DNA from: Parcubacteria group bacterium GW2011_GWF2_45_11
GTDB taxonomy: Bacteria > Patescibacteriota > Patescibacteriia > UBA1558 > UBA10009
DNA: 43,298 nt
Assembly: GCA_001001205.1 (NCBI GenBank)
Contig: LCKE01000015.1
Location: forward strand, 1 to 43,298
Reading direction: 5' to 3'
Part shown: positions 27,504 through 33,187 of the stretch, piece after piece
Layout: every line of letters begins with the position of its first letter
How positions within the stretch are numbered: position 1 is the first letter of the stretch
Notes under the pieces: generated by a model
Told to the model about the DNA's origin: nothing
Seen by the model: the letters and a program-made list of their open reading frames with translations, nothing else
The model's database searches: none
Made by a program: the position numbers and the translations under genes

Positions 27504-27524
27504 ATCTGACTTTTAAATTAATTT

Positions 27525-27601
27525 GTCCCCGTAGCTTAACTGGATAAAGCGCAGGGTTCCGGTCCCTGAAACTGTAGGTTCAAGTCCTGCCGGGGACACC
27601 A
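27525..27601 (+). tRNA. tRNA-Arg(CCG)
   Basis: Acceptor GTCCCCG/CGGGGAC, anticodon stem CAGGG/CCCTG, loop TTCCGGT, T-loop TTCAAGT, CCA encoded. Confidence 0.93.
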
Positions 27602-27725
27602 TATAACCGAGCCGAGCTCGGCAACAAGAAGCAAAATCCAATTGCCAAATAAATTTGAATGCTCATATTGTTTGTAACTTGTATCTTGTAACTGGTGTCT
27701 TGGGAATTTATCACTTATCAATCGC

Positions 27726-27801
27726 GGTGGCTATGGTGTAACGGTTAACACAGCGGGTTGTGGTCCCGCTAATCTGGGTTCAATTCCCAGTAGCCACCCC
27801 A
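27726..27801 (+). tRNA. tRNA-His(GUG)
   Basis: Encoded G-1 (GGTGGCTA...TAGCCACCCCA), anticodon stem GCGGG/CCCGC, loop TTGTGGT. Confidence 0.93.
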
Positions 27802-27875
27802 AGTTATAAGAAGGGGCTTATTGTGTGTAAGAAAAAGCGTAATTCTAACTCTGGTTATACTATGGTGCGTGGGCA

Positions 27876-27921
27876 ATCCAGCACAGGTTTTTATTGCCTA
27901 TTTTTGTGCTGTTGATTTTTT
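27876..27921 (+). terminator. possible terminator of the Arg-Arg-His tRNA operon
   Basis: ATCCAGCACA...TGTGCTGTTGAT hairpin followed by T6. It shares the ATCCAGCAC arm with the palindromic repeat family. Confidence 0.4.
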
Positions 27922-27929
27922 ATATTTAC

Positions 27930-27971
27930 AACTTTATAAAGTTACGCCATTTTGCATAACTTTATAAAGTT
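27930..27971. promoter_or_regulatory. two copies of the 14-bp perfect palindrome AACTTTATAAAGTT
   Basis: Copies at 27930-27943 and 27958-27971 (centres 28 bp apart), next to the IS200-like right end. This is an operator-like arrangement with no assignable regulator. Confidence 0.25.
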
Positions 27972-28010
27972 TGGTAATATAGTAAATATACATTACAAAA
28001 AAATAAACTT

Positions 28011-28492
28011 CCCCGAGCTTACGCTCGGGGTATTAGCCGAACGCAAGCTTCGCTTGTCCAGAGTCCTCTTGCCCCTGCTGCTCAATATATCGCCTAATAA
28101 CCTTCAGACCAGACGCTGTCGGTGCCCCAATAGGCCTCTTTGACGAACGGGAATTTTTGCTTCAATGATTTGGCGGTATTGCTCTTTATTATCCTGACCG
28201 CATTACCCACTGACATCGTGGGAGGAATGGAGACCAAAAGGTGAATATGGTCAAAATCGTGATTAACCGTCTTACAGCTAATTAGTGGGTAATGCTTGTG
28301 AATTTCATCAAGCTTGGTCTCCAAATAGGCAAAAATTCCCTCGTTAAATATCCTCTTTCGATATTTAGTCACTAAAACAAGGTGGTAATCGCAATAGTAG
28401 ACACAATGGCTAAGTCTTGTCACTTCCATACCTTACAGTATGAGGCAAGAGGACTCTGGAATCAACTCCATCCCACGGCCTTACGGCCGGGG
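28011..28492 (-). mobile_element. IS200/IS605-family element (tnpA only), decayed
   Basis: Subterminal hairpins with an identical GTAA loop on the element strand: CCCCGAGC-GTAA-GCTCGGGG (28011-28030) and CCCCGGCC-GTAA-GGCCGTGGG (28472-28492). A 17-bp inverted repeat GGCAAGAGGACTCTGGA (28057-28073 / 28444-28460) brackets tnpA. Confidence 0.75.
28094..28429 (-). pseudogene. tnpA: IS200/IS605 Y1 (HUH) transposase TnpA, C-terminally disrupted
   Basis: HUH motif DHIHLLVSIPP is present. The frame stops after ...VWSEGY. The expected C-terminus VIRRYIEQQGQ..., with the catalytic Tyr, is readable only in another frame (about 28040-28100). About 12 codons (FVSTVG...) are missing. Confidence 0.8.
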
Positions 28493-28610
28493 AATTAAGT
28501 TGTGACTATTAAAAACTTTCGGCTCGAACTTTATTCTAAAAGGCAGAAAATTCAGATTTTTAGCCGATTTTGGCTGGGAAATTTTGGCGCAAAGCGCCTC
28601 ATTTGCGTGC

Positions 28611-28684
28611 TGGCAGGGGTGGTAGGAATCGAACCCACGTTACCGGTTTTGGAGACCGGAGTCCTACCACTGAACGACACCCCC
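28611..28684 (-). tRNA. tRNA-Trp(CCA)
   Basis: Minus strand: GGGGGTG...CACCCCTGCCA, anticodon stem CCGGT/ACCGG, loop CTCCAAA, T-loop TTCGATT. Confidence 0.9.
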
Positions 28685-28817
28685 ACAATTTTAGGTTAAA
28701 CTATTAGCAATACGTTTCTTTAAATAAACATAACACATAATCGCTTTTCATAAATTTTTTAAAAACGCAAAAATTACAAACATCAAAAACAAACCACCCC
28801 ATCACCTAATCGCAAAC

Positions 28818-29228
28818 CTAATTCCCTAAATATTGGCTAAGGTTGAGCTGGCTGACTAAATCCGGAAACTTGTCCAAAAGATAAGCGTAGCGGTCGGTGG
28901 CCTGGCCGGTGGACTCGTCAAATAACGGCGTGCCGCCGGTATAAAGGGTGCCGCGGCTGTCACCGTACTGGTTAAGATCGCGTTCGGCCAGCCAGTCGTC
29001 AATTTTAGCTTTACCCTGCACGGTTAAATCAGCAACCAGCTGATCAGCCCAATCCTGCCCGTAAGTCTCCCACCAATCCTTAGACTCGGTTAAACCGGCA
29101 TTGATCAGGCCGGGGACCTTTTCCTCGGCTTGCTTTTGACCTTCTTTAACCCAGCCCCCGATTTCATCATGCCAAAAAAACATCACTACCGCGCCCATAA
29201 TGATAATAAAAATCAAGGCTCTAATCAT
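28818..29228 (-). CDS. hypothetical membrane-anchored protein
   Basis: 136 aa with an N-terminal TM helix (LIFIIIMGAVVMFFW) and a Trp/Asp-rich soluble part. It lies 15 nt downstream of rpmG. Confidence 0.6.
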   Translation of the reverse strand: MIRALIFIIIMGAVVMFFWHDEIGGWVKEGQKQAEEKVPGLINAGLTESKDWWETYGQDWADQLVADLTVQGKAKIDDWLAERDLNQYGDSRGTLYTGGTPLFDESTGQATDRYAYLLDKFPDLVSQLNLSQYLGN

Positions 29229-29243
29229 AAAATTATGATTATT

Positions 29244-29399
29244 TTATTTAGTCTCTTTATGAATTGTATGTGTTTTGCAGAAAGGGCAATGCTTTTTAAG
29301 TTCCAACCGCTCTTTATTGGTTTTTTTGTTCTTGTGTGAATATTGCGTTACTCTTTTGCATTCAGTACATTCCAATTTGATCAAGTTATCCTGTGACAT
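29244..29399 (-). CDS. rpmG: 50S ribosomal protein L33
   Basis: 51-aa ORF translated by hand: [51 protein letters not shown]. It has the L33 CxxC...CxxC pattern and the RLELKK.CP.C..HT.H.E.K motif. It is below the ORF-track cutoff. Confidence 0.9.
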   Translation of the reverse strand: MSQDNLIKLECTECKRVTQYSHKNKKTNKERLELKKHCPFCKTHTIHKETK

Positions 29400-29554
29400 G
29401 GTTTTAATAGGTTAATAAATTAATTGGGTCATAGATTGAGGAAAATCTGGGAAAGGAATCAAGCCCCCAAAATCCAATACAAATTAGTCGCCGAGTCCGC
29501 CGAAAAGGCGGATATACTCCGCGAGGTGAACTAAAACTCTTTAACTTTTCATTC

Positions 29555-29648
29555 TGGAGCCGACGGTCGGATTCGAACCGACGACCTACAGTTTATGCCG
29601 CCCTTGGCGGCACCCCGCCGAAGGCGGTGGCAAAACTGTTGCTCTACC
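29555..29648 (-). pseudogene. partial tRNA-Thr(UGU) copy A with a 35-nt insert in the anticodon loop
   Basis: The 3' half at 29555-29595 is 41/41 identical to the intact gene. The 35-nt insert is at 29596-29630. Then 18 nt, GGTAGAGCAACAGTTTTG (29631-29648). The acceptor 5' strand and D-stem 5' strand are absent. Confidence 0.85.
29596..29630 (-). repeat. 35-nt two-hairpin GC-rich mini-insert (copy in Thr-UGU fragment)
   Basis: Plus strand TGCCGCC-CTT-GGCGGCA CCCCGCC-GAA-GGCGGTGG. It is 32/35 identical to 30349-30383, and all 3 differences fall in the hairpin loops. Confidence 0.85.
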
Positions 29649-29659
29649 TGCCGAACGAC

Positions 29660-29716
29660 TGGAGCCGACGGTCGGATTCGAACCGACGACCTACAGTTTA
29701 TGCCGCCCTTGGCGGC
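29660..29716 (-). pseudogene. partial tRNA-Thr(UGU) copy B: 3' half plus one hairpin
   Basis: The 3' half at 29660-29700 is 41/41 identical. It is joined at the same anticodon-loop position to TGCCGCCCTTGGCGGC (29701-29716). It shares the trailer GTCGTTCGG with the intact gene. Confidence 0.85.
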
Positions 29717-29725
29717 CCGAACGAC

Positions 29726-29801
29726 TGGAGCCGACGGTCGGATTCGAACCGACGACCTACAGTTTACAAAACTGTTGCTCTACCAACTGAGCTACGTCGG
29801 C
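29726..29801 (-). tRNA. tRNA-Thr(UGU)
   Basis: GCCGACG TA GCTC AGTTGGTA GAGC A ACAGT TTTGTAA ACTGT AGGTC GTCGG TTCGAAT CCGAC CGTCGGC T CCA. Confidence 0.93.
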
Positions 29802-29822
29802 GACTGGCGACTGGCGGGCAGG

Positions 29823-29859
29823 CAAAACTGTTGCTCGGCAAATCAGCTTAACATATCGC
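29823..29859 (-). pseudogene. degenerate 5' half of tRNA-Thr(UGU)
   Basis: GAGCAACAGTTTTG is exact (29823-29836) and is preceded by a diverged acceptor/D-arm-like stretch. It ends at the same anticodon-loop position and abuts CCTGCCCGCCAGTCGCCAGTC and then the intact gene. Confidence 0.55.
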
Positions 29860-29979
29860 TGATGGCTCGCCATAAAATTTTTGCGGACATCAACAACTTG
29901 TTAACCGCTACCCTAAAGCAAAAACTTTATTCGCTTCGGGGTATAAAATATTTGCTCAGCCTAGTTCGCAAATACTTTT

Positions 29980-30065
29980 TGGTGGGCCGGGTAGGATTCG
30001 AACCTACGAAGGCGAAAGCCAACAGATTTACAGTCTGTCCCGTTTGACCGCTTCGGTACCGACCC
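29980..30065 (-). tRNA. tRNA-Tyr(GUA)
   Basis: 86 nt, class II with a long variable arm. Acceptor GGGTCGG/CCGGCCC, anticodon stem ACAGA/TCTGT, loop CTGTAAA, T-loop TTCGAAT, CCA encoded. Confidence 0.92.
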
Positions 30066-30075
30066 ATATAGACTT

Positions 30076-30321
30076 TTAATTTTCAATTAGCTTTTTAAAT
30101 GCTTCACCGCCTTTATATGATTTTATTCGCAACTCTCTTTTATATGCTTCTTGTTTTGTTAAATACTTTTCCTGATATATAAATTTCCAAGGTACGCCTG
30201 GTTTTGTTGATCTGACTAAACCAGCATTGTGTCTTTTCAATCTTTGCTCCAAATTACCTGTGTGACCAATATAATACTTCTTAATTGAAACACTATATAA
30301 AATGTAAACAATATACTTCAT
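30076..30321 (-). CDS. GIY-YIG nuclease-domain protein (small, catalytic domain only)
   Basis: 81 aa. Motifs YIVYILYS...KYYIGHT (GIY-YIG), RLKRHN, and the conserved Arg/Glu region (KRELRIK). Confidence 0.85.
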   Translation of the reverse strand: MKYIVYILYSVSIKKYYIGHTGNLEQRLKRHNAGLVRSTKPGVPWKFIYQEKYLTKQEAYKRELRIKSYKGGEAFKKLIEN

Positions 30322-30341
30322 TATCCCTTTTCTTAAGCTTT

Positions 30342-30418
30342 AGATTTATGCCGCCTGTGGCGGCACCCCGCCAAAGGCGGTGGCAGTCTGTCCCGTTTGA
30401 CCGCTTCGGTACCGACCC
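30342..30418 (-). pseudogene. duplicate of tRNA-Tyr positions 1-41 interrupted by the 35-nt insert
   Basis: GGGTCGG...ACAGACTG (30418-30384), then the 35-nt insert (30383-30349), then TAAATCT (30348-30342). The tRNA-derived parts are identical to the intact gene 277 bp downstream on the same strand. Confidence 0.85.
30349..30383 (-). repeat. 35-nt two-hairpin GC-rich mini-insert (copy in Tyr fragment)
   Basis: Plus strand TGCCGCC-TGT-GGCGGCA CCCCGCC-AAA-GGCGGTGG. It sits between TTTA and CA, exactly as in the Thr-UGU copy. Confidence 0.85.
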
Positions 30419-30626
30419 TCGTTGTAATCGCGCTCCAGCCTCCGTTGCCGAATGAAATTCGGGTACTCCGGCTTACGCGCGCGCTTGCAATCTTAAGTTT
30501 GCTCAATCTAATAAATATTTTTTAAAATAACTATGCCATAATATAATATAAATCGGCTAAAAAATCAAGAGGATTAAATATAAAACCCAGATTTACTGGG
30601 CGTTATGGCAATACCTGCTAATTAAC

Positions 30627-30724
30627 TGGAGCCGATGTGCGGACTTGAACCGCGGACCTACTCCTTACTCCGCCTACACCCCTTGTTTTGCTTGGGGTTT
30701 CGGCGGACAGGCATGGAGTTGCTC
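30627..30724 (-). pseudogene. partial tRNA-Thr(GGU) copy with a 44-nt insert in the anticodon loop
   Basis: The 3' part at 30627-30668 is 41/42 identical to the intact gene. A 44-nt hairpin insert TCCGCC...GGCGGA-CAGGC lies at 30669-30712. Then ATGGAGTTGCTC (30713-30724). The acceptor 5' strand and D-loop are absent. Confidence 0.8.
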
Positions 30725-30741
30725 CCCGCCTGCCGATCGCC

Positions 30742-30817
30742 TGGAGCCGATGTGCGGACTTGAACCGCAGACCTACTCCTTACCATGGAGTTGCTCTACC
30801 AACTGAGCTACATCGGC
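30742..30817 (-). tRNA. tRNA-Thr(GGU)
   Basis: GCCGATG TA GCTC AGTTGGTA GAGC A ACTCC ATGGTAA GGAGT AGGTC TGCGG TTCAAGT CCGCA CATCGGC T CCA. Confidence 0.93.
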
Positions 30818-30838
30818 GCCCGGAGACTGGCGGGCAGG

Positions 30839-30859
30839 TACTAACTGAGCTACAACGGC
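30839..30859 (-). pseudogene. orphan tRNA 5' fragment (acceptor strand plus D-stem/loop)
   Basis: GCCGTTGTAGCTCAGTTAGTA is 19/21 identical to the Thr-GGU 5' end. It stops after D-loop ...GTA and abuts CCTGCCCGCCAGTCTCCGGGC and then the intact gene. Confidence 0.65.
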
Positions 30860-30971
30860 GGATTTTGTAAAATTAGCTATCAGCTTTCTAAAATCAAAGA
30901 ACCAACTATAACACAACGTATTGGAAGCTACTAGTTTAAAACTGCTTCGTTAAAAGCGTACGAAACAACAA

Positions 30972-31868
30972 TTATAATTCTTCTATCCTTTTCTTAAAAT
31001 CATCCAGCTTTTGATTTTCCGGATTAGCCTCGGCTAATTGCCTCAAAGCCTTGCGTGCGGCAACTTTATCTTGAAGTATTATACTGATCTCTATCAAAAA
31101 GTCAAGAATCTTGGGATTTTTCGGCTCTTGCGTCACCGCCTGGGTAATAACTTCAAACGCCTTATTCGGCTCATCCAGGTTTAAATAAACCTGAGCCAGG
31201 TTTAAATAAACCGAAATGTCCTTGCTGTTTAACTGTAATGACTTTAAATACTTATCCTCGGCCGTTTTTAAATCGCCGCGATCAACGGAAATTTCGCCTA
31301 AACTTTGGTAAACAAAAGGATCGGCGTCGTCTAAAATCATTAAAAATTCAAAAGTCTCTTTGGCGTGTTCATAATCTTTCTGCAACAAATAAAGCCGGCC
31401 TAAACCTTTATAAGCCTCAACGTTCTTTTCGTCTAAAGTTAAAGCTTCTATATATTTCTTTTCCGCCTCCTGGTACTTTTCCTCGTCAGTCAGCTGTTCC
31501 GCCTCTTTGATAATTTCATCATTTTTTTGCTCCTGCATCACCTTATCCTTAAAACTTGACTGCAAAACTTTATGACGGTAATCTTCCTCCAAATCCACCA
31601 ACTTCTGATATCCCTGCCTCAGCTTTAAGCCTAAGTGATTAAAGGCCGGTTTTAAAAAAACCCACAGCTTGGCGCCGCCGTCCCTCAGCCGGCGCTCCAG
31701 CCTTTGCCTGATCAGCTGCTGTTTGATGGTCATTTGCTGAATCACAGGCGAGGCTTTAGGATTAACGGATTTAACCGCCGGCAACTTACGCGCCGCGATG
31801 TAGATAATCACGCCCAAACACAAGACGATTATTAAAATGATAAAAGGGGTAAACATATAATTATTCAA
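30972..31868 (-). CDS. TPR-repeat protein with N-terminal membrane anchor
   Basis: 298 aa. TM helix FTPFIILIIVLCLGVIIYIAA and several TPR-like 34-aa units (AYKGLGRLYLLQKDYEHAKETFE, VYLNLAQVYLNLDEPNKAFE). Confidence 0.8.
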   Translation of the reverse strand: MNNYMFTPFIILIIVLCLGVIIYIAARKLPAVKSVNPKASPVIQQMTIKQQLIRQRLERRLRDGGAKLWVFLKPAFNHLGLKLRQGYQKLVDLEEDYRHKVLQSSFKDKVMQEQKNDEIIKEAEQLTDEEKYQEAEKKYIEALTLDEKNVEAYKGLGRLYLLQKDYEHAKETFEFLMILDDADPFVYQSLGEISVDRGDLKTAEDKYLKSLQLNSKDISVYLNLAQVYLNLDEPNKAFEVITQAVTQEPKNPKILDFLIEISIILQDKVAARKALRQLAEANPENQKLDDFKKRIEEL

Positions 31869-32619
31869 GGGCTTTGATTAACTGCCAGAATATTTTGGCC
31901 TCCAGGCTGGCGCCGCCCACCAGAGCGCCAACGATGGTCGGCTGCGACAAAAATTCCCTGATGTTCAAGGGATTAACGCTACCACCGTACAATAAATGAA
32001 TTCTTTTGTTAATAACTTCCAGGGGAAAATAATCCAATAAAACCTGACGAATGACCTGAGTGGTATGCTCGGCCTCGCTCGGTTCAACCGCCTGTCCGGA
32101 ACCAATAACCCAAACCGGTTCGTAAGCGATAATCAGCTGATTTTGTGCCGTCAGCTCAATCCCCGCCAAAGCTTTGTTAACCTGCTGCATGATGATAAAA
32201 TCCTTGCTACTTGATTGCCTTTGCTCCAAAGTCTCGCCGACGCAGATAATCGGTACTAAATTATTCTCCAAAGCCGCTTTGACCTTTTGCCTGACCATGG
32301 CATCGGTTTCGTTCAAATAACCGCGCCGCTCCGAATGGCCGACGATAACGTAATCACAGCCTATCTCCTTTAAATTTAAAGGCGAGACCTCGCCGGTAAA
32401 CGCCCCTTCGTCATGCCAAAAACAGTCCTGGGCGCCCAGCTTAATTCCGGAATTGGCGATTTTTGGGGCCACGGCCACCAGGGAGATAAACGACGGGCAG
32501 ACGACTATCTCCGTCTTGTCGCTCGGCTGAATTTGTTGGACTATTTGATCAACTAAATCCAAAGTCTGTTCATGCCCCAGACTCATTTTCCAGTTGGCGA
32601 TAATAAAATTTTTAGCCAT
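31861..32619 (-). CDS. tpiA: triosephosphate isomerase
   Basis: 252 aa. Motifs IIANWKM, VIVGHSERR, IAYEPVWVIGSG and LYGGSV. Confidence 0.95.
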   Translation of the reverse strand: MAKNFIIANWKMSLGHEQTLDLVDQIVQQIQPSDKTEIVVCPSFISLVAVAPKIANSGIKLGAQDCFWHDEGAFTGEVSPLNLKEIGCDYVIVGHSERRGYLNETDAMVRQKVKAALENNLVPIICVGETLEQRQSSSKDFIIMQQVNKALAGIELTAQNQLIIAYEPVWVIGSGQAVEPSEAEHTTQVIRQVLLDYFPLEVINKRIHLLYGGSVNPLNIREFLSQPTIVGALVGGASLEAKIFWQLIKALE

Positions 32620-32630
32620 ATGTTTTAAAA

Positions 32631-33104
32631 TTAAAAAATATTAACGGAAGTGATAACGCCTAAGGTGGCCAGAGCGACCAAGACGCCGGCGATCATGATG
32701 CCTGCGCTAATCAGCCAAAAGGCCTGGGCTTTAGGAATGTCTAACAAATAAGCGATTAACGCGCCGGTCCAGGCGCCCGTGCCGGGCAAGGGAATGCCCA
32801 CAAAAATCACCAAAGCCCATTTGCCGTATTTAAGATACTTTTTAACCGCCCGGTCGCGGGTGCGCTCAAAGATCCAGTGCATGGCCCTGGCAATAAATTT
32901 TTCTTTCCGGCTGAAAAAATCAGCTAAAGGCGGTAGCCAGCTCAACAAGAGATAAGTTATCAAAATATTGCCGAGCACCGACCAAAAAAAAGCTGAAGCC
33001 ACGGATAAGCCGTAAACCGTCATGGCAATGGGAATGGAAGCGCGTATTTCCGTTACCGGTAAAATCGCCAGCAACATTGTCCAGATCTCTTGGCTAAAAT
33101 CCAT
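32631..33104 (-). CDS. small multidrug-export-like membrane protein (COG2426 type)
   Basis: 157 aa, 4 TM helices. Motifs LPVTEIRASIPIA and GIPLPGTGAWTGALIA are as I recall for the Sm_multidrug_ex family. Confidence 0.65.
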   Translation of the reverse strand: MDFSQEIWTMLLAILPVTEIRASIPIAMTVYGLSVASAFFWSVLGNILITYLLLSWLPPLADFFSRKEKFIARAMHWIFERTRDRAVKKYLKYGKWALVIFVGIPLPGTGAWTGALIAYLLDIPKAQAFWLISAGIMIAGVLVALATLGVITSVNIF

Positions 33105-33187
33105 CTTTAAAATAGCTTAATTGATAAAAAAAGTAAACCAACGGCCCGGCAGTCATGCAGAGCGCTTCAACCGCTGATCCGCTTAAA

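Noticed and set aside
27536-27721. 61-aa minus-strand ORF. Also 28502-28699 (plus strand) and 27952-28143 (plus strand).
   Set aside because: They overlap tRNA-Arg(CCG), tRNA-Trp and the IS200 end respectively. All three are better explained by those features.
29596-29630. The 35-44-nt inserts as true tRNA introns, either archaeal bulge-helix-bulge or group I.
   Set aside because: - They are far too short for group I introns.
- Their positions (34/35, 35/36, D-loop) are non-canonical.
- I could not draw a 3-4-3 BHB.
- Every interrupted copy is incomplete or has an intact twin nearby.

Pseudogenised or duplicated copies are therefore the parsimonious reading. Expression data were not available, so this is not fully excluded for the tRNA-Asn copy.
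29595-30047. Plus-strand ORFs 29595-30047 (150 aa) and 29627-29851 (74 aa), with repeated peptide TGADGRIRTDDLQF / SRRSDSNRRPTVY.
   Set aside because: They read straight through the antisense of the tRNA-Thr and tRNA-Tyr genes and their duplicated halves. The internal repeats are simply the translated tRNA copies.
29555-30859. Whether the periodic repeats here are a CRISPR array.
   Set aside because: The repeated units are tRNA halves of 41-42 nt with irregular, partly homologous spacers of 25-65 nt. There is no constant repeat/spacer period and no cas genes.
30688-30870. Plus-strand ORF of 60 aa.
   Set aside because: It is antisense to tRNA-Thr(GGU) and its partial copy, so it is an artefact of the tRNA repeat.
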